Below, one piece after another: positions 17,743 through 26,943 of a stretch of 64,000 bases of DNA (position 1 is its first letter; every line of letters starts with the position of its first letter). Both the position numbers and the translations under genes were made by a program. The stretch is from Pseudomonadota bacterium. GTDB lineage: Bacteria > Bdellovibrionota > FAC87 > UBA2466. The notes beneath the pieces are model-generated. The model did not search any database. It worked only from the letters and a program-made list of their open reading frames with translations, and was not told the origin of the DNA. The stretch lies in NCBI GenBank assembly GCA_043767805.1, contig JAYUGC010000053.1:1-64000 (forward strand). Direction: 5' to 3'.

Positions 17743-19290
17743 GTGGAACCTTACTACATCACGACGCCCATCTATTACGTCACCGATGCCCCGCATATCG
17801 GCCATCTGTATTGCACCGTCGCGTGCGATATCATGGCGCGCTATCAGCGGCTTCGAGGCAAGGACGTCTGGTTTCTCACCGGCACCGACGAGCACGGCCA
17901 GAAGATCGAAAAGAAGGCGAAAGAGAACAACGAAACACCTCGCGCTCTCGCCGATCGCGTCGTCGAGCGCTACCGCGAAGCTTGGAAAGTGTACGGGATC
18001 GAGAACGACGACTTCATTCGCACCAGCGAGCCCCGCCACATCGAAGTCGTGCAGGAGTACGTGTCTCGTCTGATGAAGACGGGCGACATTTATTTGGGCA
18101 GTTACGAAGGCTGGTACTGCGTCCCCGACGAGACGTATTGGACGGAAACCCAGCTCGTCGACGGCAAATGCCCCGACTGCGGCCGTCCCGTGGAGCGGCT
18201 GAAAGAAGAGAGCTACTTCTTCAAGATGTCGAAGTACGAAAAGGCCTTGCTCGAGCACATCGAGAAGAACCCGAGCTTCATCTTCCCCGAGTCCCGCAAG
18301 AACGAAGTCTTGGGCTTCATCAAACAAGGCTTAAAAGACATCAGCATCAGCCGCACCACCATCGAATGGGGCATTCCTATGCCGGCGGACGATAAAGCCA
18401 CCAAGTCCCACAAGGTTTACGTTTGGTTCGACGCGCTTACCAACTACGTCTCTGCTTTGGCGCCTTTCGAGAAGGGCTCCAAGTTCGAAAAGTTTTGGCC
18501 GACCGCCGTGCATGTGGTGGGAAAAGACATCCTTCGCTTTCACGCGGTCTATTGGCCGACGTTCTTGATGGCCCTCGGCTTACCGTTGCCGAAGCAAATC
18601 GTCGCACACGGCTGGCTGACGCTCGCCAATAAGAAAATCGGCAAATCGCTCGGCAACGCGGTCAATCCGCTCGAGCTCGCACAAACCGTCGGCGTGGACG
18701 GCATGCGCTACTTCATGTTCCGCGAGTTCGTCTTCGGCCTCGACGGCGAATACTCCGAAGAGACGCTCTATAACCGCGTGAACTCGGATCTCGCTAACGA
18801 CTACGGCAACTGCGTGAGCCGCACCTGCGCGATGATCTTGAAATATTTCGGCGACGCGCCTTTGGACAGAACCGCGTCGCTTCAGGCGGACTCTCCGGTA
18901 AAGACCGCTGCGCTGGAAGCGCCCGCGAAATTCGTGGAATCCATGGATCAGTGGGCCTTTCACAAAGCCCTCGAGTCCATTTGGAAGGTAGTTTCCGAAG
19001 TAAATAAGTTCATCGACGTCAGCGCGCCCTGGACGCTTGCGAAGTCGACGGCTACGGAGGACAAAGAAAAGCTCCGCATGGTCCTCGTCCATTGCCACGA
19101 AGCCTTGCGGATCGTTTCCGTCTGGTTGCACGCTTACCTTCCGGGCTCGACGACGAAGGCGCTGGAATCTCTCGGCAGCCCGCCGAGTGGCGACTGGTTG
19201 GCGAGCGGCCATTGGGGCAAGGGCCCCGCGACGGCGCAAGTTTTGAAAAGCACGCCCCTCTTTCCGCGGCTCGAATGGAAAAAAAGCTAA
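17743..19290 (+). CDS. metG: Methionyl-tRNA synthetase (short form, no C-terminal tRNA-binding domain)
   Basis: YITTPIYY..PHIGH, GTDEHGQK, YVWFDAL, GKDILRFH, KIGKS (KMSKS variant). Confidence 0.97.
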   Translation: MEPYYITTPIYYVTDAPHIGHLYCTVACDIMARYQRLRGKDVWFLTGTDEHGQKIEKKAKENNETPRALADRVVERYREAWKVYGIENDDFIRTSEPRHIEVVQEYVSRLMKTGDIYLGSYEGWYCVPDETYWTETQLVDGKCPDCGRPVERLKEESYFFKMSKYEKALLEHIEKNPSFIFPESRKNEVLGFIKQGLKDISISRTTIEWGIPMPADDKATKSHKVYVWFDALTNYVSALAPFEKGSKFEKFWPTAVHVVGKDILRFHAVYWPTFLMALGLPLPKQIVAHGWLTLANKKIGKSLGNAVNPLELAQTVGVDGMRYFMFREFVFGLDGEYSEETLYNRVNSDLANDYGNCVSRTCAMILKYFGDAPLDRTASLQADSPVKTAALEAPAKFVESMDQWAFHKALESIWKVVSEVNKFIDVSAPWTLAKSTATEDKEKLRMVLVHCHEALRIVSVWLHAYLPGSTTKALESLGSPPSGDWLASGHWGKGPATAQVLKSTPLFPRLEWKKS

Positions 19291-20066
19291 ATTACGTCGA
19301 CACGCATTCGCATCTGGCGCTGCTCGAGCACACGCTTCCCGAAGAGGCTCTCCTCCGTGCCCGCGCGGCGGGTGTCTCGAAGTTACTGACCGTTTCCACC
19401 AATGAGACCAGCTGGGAGCCCAATCGCCGGCTCGCCGAAGCGAACGACGGCGTGTACTACACCCTGGGCCTTCATCCCCATGACGCTCAAACTTGGACCG
19501 AGTGCGGCGGCAAGATGTTCGAGAGATTTTCGCCCTTTCCCACGGTACCCGCGAGATGTGTCGCCATCGGCGAGATGGGGCTCGATTTCCACTACGACTT
19601 TTGCCCGAAAGACATCCAGATCCACGCCTTTGAAAGTCAGCTTTCTTTCGCCGCTCAAGTAAATCTTCCCATCATCATCCATTGCCGGGAGGCCTTCCCC
19701 GCGCTTTTCGACTCGATTCGCAACATTGGGCTGGGACCGCGATCGGGCGTGCTTCATTGTTTTACCGGGACCGTCGCCGAGGCGAAAACCGCGCTAGATC
19801 TAGGCCTCAAGATCTCTTTCTCCGGAATTGTGACCTTCAAAACAGCCAACGAGCTGCGAGAGGCCGCGAAGATAGTGCCGCTCACCGAGATGTTCATCGA
19901 GACCGACTGCCCTTACCTCACGCCCATGCCTCACCGAGGCAAGCCAAACGAGCCCAGCTTTCTTCCTCTGACGGCCGCGCACCTCGCCGGCACCCTCGGG
20001 ATACCGGTGGAAGAGATCGCTGAACAAACGACCACGAACGCGATAGAATTCTTCCAGCTCTCTTAA
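19275..20066 (+). CDS. tatD: TatD family hydrolase
   Basis: DTHSHL, GLHPH, IGEMGLD, IIHCR, HCFTG, ETDCPYL. Start at ATG 19275, overlapping the end of metG. Confidence 0.94.
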   Translation: MEKKLNYVDTHSHLALLEHTLPEEALLRARAAGVSKLLTVSTNETSWEPNRRLAEANDGVYYTLGLHPHDAQTWTECGGKMFERFSPFPTVPARCVAIGEMGLDFHYDFCPKDIQIHAFESQLSFAAQVNLPIIIHCREAFPALFDSIRNIGLGPRSGVLHCFTGTVAEAKTALDLGLKISFSGIVTFKTANELREAAKIVPLTEMFIETDCPYLTPMPHRGKPNEPSFLPLTAAHLAGTLGIPVEEIAEQTTTNAIEFFQLS

Positions 20067-20082
20067 AAGGTACCTTTTAAGA
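20061..20082. repeat. Perfect 22-bp palindrome TCTTAAAAGGTACCTTTTAAGA
   Basis: Read directly; spans the tatD stop codon and the following intergenic gap. Confidence 0.85.
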
Positions 20083-20092
20083 TGACCTACGA

Positions 20093-21004
20093 ATGAAGAA
20101 AGTTCTCATCATCGGTGTCTCTAGTTTCGTTGGGTCAAACCTAGCGGTCGTCCTGCGCGATCACTTTAGGATTTTCGGCACCTTTCAGCGGCACAAACCG
20201 AAGATCGACGGCGTGCCGTGCTTCTCCTATCCGATCCCGACTCAGCAAACCGTCGACGAGCTGCTGGAGCTCGTGAAGCCGGACGCGGTGATCTATTGCC
20301 CCGGCATGGCGGGCTTTCGTGAGTGCCAGGCCGATCCCTTGGGGGCGCTCCACTTGCACGCCGAGTTCCCCACTTCCATCGCCGCCCGCATGGAGGCGCG
20401 CAAGGGACAGTTCTTTTATTTTTCGACTTCCAAAGTTTTCGACGGCGAGTCGGGAACCTATCGCGAGGACGATCCGGTCAACCCTCGCACCGTGTACGGA
20501 AAAACGAAGGCGCGAGGCGAAGAGCTTTTGCAGCGCCACGCCGGAGCCGTAATTCTGCGTCTCGGTACCGTTTTCGGGCTGGGCTCTCTCGGACAGAACT
20601 CTATCTTGAACCGCACCTGGAAAGAGATCGCGACTGGAAAAGAACGCCGTTACATCTCAGACGAGTTGCGCAGCTTCTACAGCGTCGAGTATGTCGCCGC
20701 GGCCGTTCGCCACTTGCTCCAGCTCGGCCCTGAATATTCAGGCCTCTACCATTTGAGTCATTCGAAGCGGGAGAGCTATTACGGATTCGCAAAATCCCTC
20801 GCCGAGGTTTTCGGGTTACCGCAAACCAATCTCGTTCCCGTCACCGGACAGAGTTTTTCTTCCGCCACGGGAAGCGACGAAGCGCGCGGACGCGACTTGA
20901 GCCTTTCTGGGCTCACCTTCGAACGCCGTTTCGGTATCGCTTGCCCCACCCTCGAGGAGTCCCTGAGCTCCATCCGCACGAACCTTCGCCTGGGCGTCCA
21001 GTAG
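20093..21004 (+). CDS. RmlD-like extended SDR (dTDP-4-dehydrorhamnose reductase family)
   Basis: IIGVSSFVG, FSTSKVFDG, P.TVYGKTK (YxxxK). Confidence 0.85.
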   Translation: MKKVLIIGVSSFVGSNLAVVLRDHFRIFGTFQRHKPKIDGVPCFSYPIPTQQTVDELLELVKPDAVIYCPGMAGFRECQADPLGALHLHAEFPTSIAARMEARKGQFFYFSTSKVFDGESGTYREDDPVNPRTVYGKTKARGEELLQRHAGAVILRLGTVFGLGSLGQNSILNRTWKEIATGKERRYISDELRSFYSVEYVAAAVRHLLQLGPEYSGLYHLSHSKRESYYGFAKSLAEVFGLPQTNLVPVTGQSFSSATGSDEARGRDLSLSGLTFERRFGIACPTLEESLSSIRTNLRLGVQ

Positions 21005-21081
21005 GCTGTCGCCCGTCCAAAATCTAGACGAACTTCCGTTCCTAAATGGTCAAAAAACCCTTTAGTTTCAATGGTTAACTT

Positions 21082-21097
21082 TGGTGCGCGGGTTGCA
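21082..21097 (+). promoter_or_regulatory. Candidate sigma54 (-24/-12) promoter; upstream palindrome at 21015-21029
   Basis: TGGTGCGCGGGTTGCA (GG-N10-GC); upstream GTCCAA-AAT-CTAGAC. Confidence 0.6.
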
Positions 21098-21125
21098 TTG
21101 TAGGGGGGTACGAACTAACACAATT

Positions 21126-21962
21126 ATGAAATCTACTTTGAGAAACACCATGGACGCGCTTCGATTGACCCTGATCGCCGCCCTTTTTCTCTCATTTTCC
21201 GCCCACGCTCAGCCTGAGGAAACCGCTAGAGCCATGGGCGACGTCGTGAAAATCGCCCACGCGATTTCCATCGTTCAACCGAGCCTGGAAGAGCCTAAAT
21301 ACATCGAGTACGCGCTAGGCATCTACCGCGCCTCGAAAAAATACGATATTCGCCCGGGCCTCATCATCGCGATCGCCCAGCAGGAATCGAGCTTTAAAGA
21401 GGCGCTCCCCGAAGGGAAAGCCGGAGAGCTCGGTATTACGCAGGTCTTGAAGAACTGGGCCAATAACCCGAAATTTCGCCGCGAGTTCCCGAACGCGACC
21501 CAAAGCTCTTTCAAAAAACCCGCGGAAAGCTTCCTTTATACGGCTTGGATCTTAAGCGAGCTGAAAAAACACGAAGCTCCTGGCACTTTGCCGTTTTGGT
21601 CTTTCTACAACGCGCGCCAGTTCAAGCACCGGATCAAGTATTTCGTCCGCGTGAATAAGCACATGGCGAAATTGAAACGTAACCTCTACCGGATCGAAGA
21701 AGCTTTGAATCCGGTCGCCGTCGCGCGGCGGGGGCAGCCCGTCCCGTCCGAGCGTACTCTCGCTTTTACTTCCAAGGCTCCGAAGGCTGCCACCAAGCCT
21801 AAATGGGTCTCAAAACCCGCGCCCTCCACCAAGATCGCGGAACAGAGACCGGTCTCGACTTATCCCTGGCTGGCCGAAGTGCCTGCTCAAAAACCCAAGT
21901 CCAATACTTCTAAGCGCGATGCGCGCGACCTGCTCTTAAGATCTGCTTCCATGGGAGGCTGA
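21126..21962 (+). CDS. Secreted lytic transglycosylase (SLT domain) with a basic low-complexity tail
   Basis: Signal peptide ending SAHA; LIIAIAQQESSF (catalytic Glu), GELGITQV, FYN. Start 21126 or 21150. Confidence 0.8.
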   Translation: MKSTLRNTMDALRLTLIAALFLSFSAHAQPEETARAMGDVVKIAHAISIVQPSLEEPKYIEYALGIYRASKKYDIRPGLIIAIAQQESSFKEALPEGKAGELGITQVLKNWANNPKFRREFPNATQSSFKKPAESFLYTAWILSELKKHEAPGTLPFWSFYNARQFKHRIKYFVRVNKHMAKLKRNLYRIEEALNPVAVARRGQPVPSERTLAFTSKAPKAATKPKWVSKPAPSTKIAEQRPVSTYPWLAEVPAQKPKSNTSKRDARDLLLRSASMGG

Positions 21963-21966
21963 TTCC

Positions 21967-23337
21967 ATGAGAGCTCTGTTCGTCGGGATATTTCTATTTT
22001 TAACGGTGCCGGCGTTTGCCTGCCCCTTTGGGCGCCTAAGTAACTACGCCATAAATCTATTTCGAACCCTTTTTCCCGGCCCAGATCCCAACGCGCCTCA
22101 ATCGGATCGCCAGTGGAACAGGCTCCGGGAAAACTGGACGAAACAAGTAAAAGAACGATTCAAGGACGTCATCCGCGATCCGAACTGGGGATATGAACGG
22201 AATCGGCGCACGGACATTCGTTTCCTCGAGGAAAACCTAGGGTTCGAGTACGACGCGGTTCACGCCAAGATGATAGTGCCGCCTCGGGACGTTTTTCTGC
22301 GAAAGTACCGGGAGCTCATGGAACGGTACGTACGGGAAGGCATCGTCACCCCGGAAGAGGTCCTGATGCCGGGAAGTGTTTATGAATCCTTGAAAGGGGA
22401 CGACGTCGGAAATCTTCATATCGTTCCCTCGGATAACCCGCCCAAGAACGGTTGGTCTCCCGTTTCCCCGTCCCCAAGCCCTCGTCTCTACACGCGCATG
22501 TTAAAAGAGGGGTTTCATCCTTTTGATGACGGCAGCTACCATGATTCGATTGGACATATGCTGGGCTTTGCCCGCTACCCGAGATACATGGCGGCGATGC
22601 GAAAGCTCGCCAGCAATGCTCCCGTCGGAGAAGGCAAACTGACTCGCGACGAGTGGACATTACGTTACCTCTTTCTCCTCGAAGGATTTTCGTTGATGCC
22701 CGCGAGTTCGCGGCCGTTTTTGGAAACCACTTTGGCTCCCGTCTTCTCGCAGCGAAAGACGACGGAAGTTTTCACTTTGGAAGTAGAAAATTACTACAAG
22801 GAAATGCCTGACTTCGTCGTCCGGGCACAGGCGAAAAAACTCATCTTGCTTTACGAAAAATACGGCGAAAAGTATGCCGGGTCCGCTATGGAAATCGGAG
22901 GGATGGGGAATTACAGCGATCGAGCGGAAATGCGGCAGTCGCTCTACGGTCTCACTTCCACCGTCGCGCACTACAGCGGCCCGGAAGCTTCGAAAGACCC
23001 CAAACAGAAGGAACACTTGCTAAGAGCCATAGCCAACCTCGAAGTAGCGCTTTGGCGCTCGAGCTTCATCCCAATGGAAAAATTCGTCGAGGACTTCACC
23101 AGGCCCGATATTTCTCGCAGCAGCCCGGTCTTTGGTTATTTCGTTAGATCGGGCATTAGCCATGACGTGCCCTTTTATTCGTACGAGCAGCAGAAGATCA
23201 TCGAATCGTACGGCCTCGTCGCGCGTTCCCTTACGAAAACCACGGGACAGGAAGACATCGTGAAAGAGGCTTATTTCCAGGACTACGACAATCTCGGCCG
23301 GGATAAAAAGGGAAATATTCTCGAGGGCAGAAAATAG
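21967..23337 (+). CDS. Hypothetical exported protein
   Basis: 456-aa ORF with signal peptide (MRALFVGIFLFLTVPAFA); no family recognised. Confidence 0.7.
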   Translation: MRALFVGIFLFLTVPAFACPFGRLSNYAINLFRTLFPGPDPNAPQSDRQWNRLRENWTKQVKERFKDVIRDPNWGYERNRRTDIRFLEENLGFEYDAVHAKMIVPPRDVFLRKYRELMERYVREGIVTPEEVLMPGSVYESLKGDDVGNLHIVPSDNPPKNGWSPVSPSPSPRLYTRMLKEGFHPFDDGSYHDSIGHMLGFARYPRYMAAMRKLASNAPVGEGKLTRDEWTLRYLFLLEGFSLMPASSRPFLETTLAPVFSQRKTTEVFTLEVENYYKEMPDFVVRAQAKKLILLYEKYGEKYAGSAMEIGGMGNYSDRAEMRQSLYGLTSTVAHYSGPEASKDPKQKEHLLRAIANLEVALWRSSFIPMEKFVEDFTRPDISRSSPVFGYFVRSGISHDVPFYSYEQQKIIESYGLVARSLTKTTGQEDIVKEAYFQDYDNLGRDKKGNILEGRK

Positions 23338-23349
23338 TTCTATTTCCTC

Positions 23350-23376
23350 GGCTCCCGCCGGACCTACGGCGGAGCC
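23350..23376. terminator. GC-rich hairpin between convergent genes
   Basis: GGCTCC(C)GCCG-GACCTA-CGGCGGAGCC; no clear U-tract. Confidence 0.35.
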
Positions 23377-23995
23377 AGGGCATAGCGCACCCGCTCACGC
23401 CAAGAGCGAAGGCCTCGCCACGCTTCTACCTATGTTGCGAGGGTGTGTTAAAGATTTTTTCAAAAGGCCCTAGGTTTCCGATGAGCTCCGTGTGCAGCCA
23501 AAATTGATAAAGCAGGTTCAGGCCAAACACCATACCAACGGCCCGCGGATCTATCCCGAGGCAGACGAACGGCACCAGCATCAACCACCCTCCGGTAATC
23601 CCCGCCGTCCAACCGAGGCGGTAGGCACCTGACAGCCGGAAATGCTCCGAGGAATGATGCACGAGATGACTCGCCCACGGCCAGCGCACCCTGTGCGAGA
23701 AGCGATGAACCCAGTAGTAGACGAAATCGACGGCGATAAAGAGCGCGATCCAATGCCATACCGAAATTAGCGAGAGAGTTTGCCATCGCCATTCGTAAAA
23801 CCACAGTAGTTCTTGAGAAGTCATCGGCACGGTAAAAAGGTGAAAGCCTTTCCCCAAGATCGCCACGCCCAGCGTGCAAAGCGCCTCCCTGCCTCCGTAG
23901 GAAGCGCCACACACGAAAAGCAAAATCAAAGCCTCTGCCACTAGCCCAAACGTAAAGAACGGAAGCGCGTGAATGAGAACCGCGACGTTTTCCAT
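23364..23995 (-). pseudogene. Sterol desaturase / fatty-acid hydroxylase family gene, internally deleted
   Basis: His boxes HRFSH and HLVHH present. ORF stops at NTPSQHR* inside the last His box; a C-terminal-like fragment EAWRGLRSWRERVRYALAPP* follows in another frame (23426..23364). Confidence 0.7.
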
Positions 23996-24157
23996 ACGTC
24001 TCACTTTAGCGAGCAATGCTGGCGGATGCATTTCGACTGTAAGCCATTGTATTCATCTCGTTTAATACGGATTAGTGAGGGACAGATCCCGCAACAATTC
24101 GGAAAGCATTGGCCCGTAACGTAGAGGAAGTAACAACACCTAAGGAGGCAAAGTCGC

Positions 24158-24766
24158 ATGAAACGAGTGATTTTAGTGGTTCAAGAGGACCCAGGCTTGG
24201 AGTCATTTTTGAGATCGCAACTGGACGAGGAACGCTACGTACTGAAAAGCGCCAGCTCGATTCTAGAAGCGCGCGCGCGTTTGAACGAAGCGCCGGTGGA
24301 TTTGGTCTTTTCTAAAATGTCGTTTCCCGATGGAGATGCTTCCGCCTTGAGCGATTGCTTGCGAGGGGCGACGCTCATCCCGCTCGAAGGATCCGCGCAC
24401 AGCCAGGAGATCGTCACGAAAGCCGTGGCCGCGCTCCGCCGCTTCTCCGATTTGTCAGTTGGAGACATCGTCGTCGATTTGAACCGCCGGGAAGTGAGAA
24501 ACAACGACACGCCCATTCGCCTGCGGCGCCGTGAATTCGATATTTTTTCGATTCTCGTCCGCCGCCGCGAGGAAATAGTGACTCGCCGGGAAATTCTGAA
24601 AGAGCTGCAAGAGCCTCGCGAATTCTCCGTGAGAAACTTGGACAGTCACGTCAGCCGTATCCGCAATGCCCTTCGCAAAGCCGGAGCGGACGATCTCATC
24701 ATCACCTCGGTCTACGGCATGGGCTATAAGGTCGAGCTTCTTCGCGAGAACGAGAGGGCCGGATGA
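24158..24766 (+). CDS. OmpR-type winged-helix regulator with a degenerate receiver domain
   Basis: RBS AAGGAGG; C-terminal REFDIF..VTRREIL..RNLDSHVSRIRN..SVYGMGY; receiver VDLVFSKMSFPDGD lacks the phosphoacceptor Asp. Confidence 0.85.
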   Translation: MKRVILVVQEDPGLESFLRSQLDEERYVLKSASSILEARARLNEAPVDLVFSKMSFPDGDASALSDCLRGATLIPLEGSAHSQEIVTKAVAALRRFSDLSVGDIVVDLNRREVRNNDTPIRLRRREFDIFSILVRRREEIVTRREILKELQEPREFSVRNLDSHVSRIRNALRKAGADDLIITSVYGMGYKVELLRENERAG

Positions 24767-24894
24767 TTGTCGCCGAATCCTTGCCGCTTCTTTTCGGCCT
24801 CGAGGCCGATCGAGAAGCGTGATCGAAATGGACGCGTGACCAGTTCTTTTGCTCACAAAAAAGAAAGCGGCAAGTTTTTCGGGCCTACAAAAAA

Positions 24895-24910
24895 TGGCAC
24901 CGAGTCTGCA
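24895..24910 (+). promoter_or_regulatory. Candidate sigma54 promoter
   Basis: TGGCACCGAGTCTGCA, near consensus TGGCAC-N5-TTGCW, 50 nt upstream of a GTG with an AGGAGG RBS. Confidence 0.65.
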
Positions 24911-24960
24911 ACTAAGTTCCACGACTCGTCACAATGACGAGCGGCAACTAGGAGGCATCG

Positions 24961-25227
24961 GTGACTTTACCCAAAATGAAACAAATGGCTCTCTCTTTTG
25001 CCCTAGCGCTCGCGCTGACGGCTTGCGGCCGCCTTCCGGAAGTAGAGGGCTCGCTTTCAGAAGCAATGAGTGCGATGAAGGCGGAGCTCAAGAATCCCGC
25101 TAACGCAATGACTGGCGAGGCGTCTCTCGAGTCGGTCGCGTCCAAGAGGGCAGCAGTGGAAATGCGGGCTACGTCTACTGCACGAGTGTCAGCTCGAAAT
25201 GTAAAAACCAGAAAACTTGGTTACAGC
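24961..25227 (+). pseudogene. Lipoprotein gene 5' portion, probably truncated (frame runs on to 25902 antisense to the next gene)
   Basis: AGGAGG RBS, signal ...LALALTA-C (lipobox); no stop before the convergent gene at 25228. Confidence 0.45.
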
Positions 25228-26943
25228 TCAGGGCGGCCCGGACGATTCGGGCCGCTCCACCCCTGCCACGCGGAACTCTTGTCCGCCAAAGTGGTAGAGA
25301 TGCAAACGGAGCGGAGGCGTTTCGGAAACCCCTTGAAGCCCCGCGGTCACGTCGAGCACGAGGTAAGCGGGCTTCTGCTTCGTGCCGCCCGCTTGCTTGG
25401 GCAGCTCGACACAAACGCGCTCCGATCCCGTGCGAGCGGTAACGCCGAGCCGGCCCCCGGAAGTAAACGGCTCTCCTTGCCAGAGCTCGGCCTTATAAAC
25501 TCGCTTTGTCTGCGAAACGACTTTCGCGTAGACGGCGAGATCTCTAACACAGAGGCGTCCCTCGGAAGCTTCCACCGCTGGATGCGAAAGGGGCGAGAGC
25601 TTTCCCAGCCAGCGCGCCAGCACTTTGTCTCTGCGGCCGAGAATCGCTTTTCTCATCTCCCGGTCGAGGACTTTGTTTTGCAACTTCGCCTCGTCGATAA
25701 TCGCGTTCATATGGGCGTCGGTCATCTCGGCAATGAGACGAGCCATCCAAGCATCGTCTTCTTCGCGGCGGTTGAGCATGCCCGTGAGCGGATAGCCAGC
25801 GTGCCATTCATCCGGCACGAAATTCTCCGCGTTGTAGTAGCCCAGGGAAGAGCCTGCGGGCCCGAACTTGGCTCTATCCCAGGGCCGCTCAATGACGCCT
25901 AGAGTGGCGAAATCGGCCAGCACGTGACCGGCCTTCAAGTAGTACGTCTGACCGTGACGGCGGGACATTTCGTCCTGGGCCCAGATGCTCCCGAAGCAAT
26001 CTCCGAAATCGATGATGTTATGACGGACGTAGCCTTTTCCGTCCTTGTTCTCGTCAATCCACGTGGTCAGCGTGTTTTGATCGCGGGCATCGAAATGATT
26101 GGTCCAGGCATTGAGTACGTACCCGCCCCGGACTTCCCGGCGGTCCTCGTGATCGATGACGTCATTGGGATCATCGCCACGTCTGCCCTCGTAGCGCCAA
26201 GGGCCGAGAGGCTTTCCGCTCAAGAACTCGCTCGCGAAGCCGCGGACTTTGCCTTCCGCATTGGGTTTTACCACCTGAAAGGCTTTGTTCACATCTTCCT
26301 GGGTCATGGCCACTTTCGTGCCATCCGCCTTTTTGATGGTGGCCTTGGGCGATAGCTTCAGCACCTTGGGATTAAAATAGACGATCTGATTGCAAGGAGA
26401 AGGATAGCCGAGAAAATGCCAGATCTTCGAGCCGATGACGTCGGCCGCGGTAGCTCGCTCGGGCTGGTCCTCTCCGTCAAATTTGAAAAAGTACTTCTTC
26501 CCCGCGGCGGTCTTGACGAGAAAGCCGGGATTTAGCCCATCGGGCTTTCCGCCGATGACTTCGAACGGTCCATTGGGATCGAGAATGATGTCGCAGGCTC
26601 CGCGCGCGGCCTCGGTCGGCGTGGGCGGTTTCCCTTGGAGACGATTTGTAAACCAGGACGAATCGGGAACCTCGTCCCAGGCGTTCACGTTCTTCGCCCG
26701 GCGCGTGACGTCGAACGCAAACAGATGGGGAATCGGCCGAAGCATAGTGCCGTCGAAGACTTCCCAGAAGGTCGCCGGCTCGTACTCTTCGGGCTCGGCC
26801 GCGAACTCACGGAAATCTCCGTCGTCCTTCCACATCGTATCCTTGAGCGGAAAACGGCGCGGGCTCGACGCACAAGAGATCAGTAATGCCGACAACACCG
26901 CGCTAAAAAGCGCGTGTGAGGCCGACGAGAAAACGAAACTCAT
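25228..26943 (-). CDS. Lipoprotein with protein-kinase-like (HipA/PI3K/CotH-type) catalytic motifs
   Basis: Lipobox LISC; DEVPDSSWFTNR; Gly loop GGKPDGLNPG; YFFKFD; PERATA; NHFDARDQN; IIDFG. ATG 26943 follows an AGGGGG RBS. Confidence 0.7.
   Translation of the reverse strand: MSFVFSSASHALFSAVLSALLISCASSPRRFPLKDTMWKDDGDFREFAAEPEEYEPATFWEVFDGTMLRPIPHLFAFDVTRRAKNVNAWDEVPDSSWFTNRLQGKPPTPTEAARGACDIILDPNGPFEVIGGKPDGLNPGFLVKTAAGKKYFFKFDGEDQPERATAADVIGSKIWHFLGYPSPCNQIVYFNPKVLKLSPKATIKKADGTKVAMTQEDVNKAFQVVKPNAEGKVRGFASEFLSGKPLGPWRYEGRRGDDPNDVIDHEDRREVRGGYVLNAWTNHFDARDQNTLTTWIDENKDGKGYVRHNIIDFGDCFGSIWAQDEMSRRHGQTYYLKAGHVLADFATLGVIERPWDRAKFGPAGSSLGYYNAENFVPDEWHAGYPLTGMLNRREEDDAWMARLIAEMTDAHMNAIIDEAKLQNKVLDREMRKAILGRRDKVLARWLGKLSPLSHPAVEASEGRLCVRDLAVYAKVVSQTKRVYKAELWQGEPFTSGGRLGVTARTGSERVCVELPKQAGGTKQKPAYLVLDVTAGLQGVSETPPLRLHLYHFGGQEFRVAGVERPESSGPP

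Noticed and set aside
24109..24125. sigma54 promoter before the atypical response regulator (similar TTGGCCC at 39189)
   Set aside because: The -24 element looks right but the -12 GC is absent at the required spacing.
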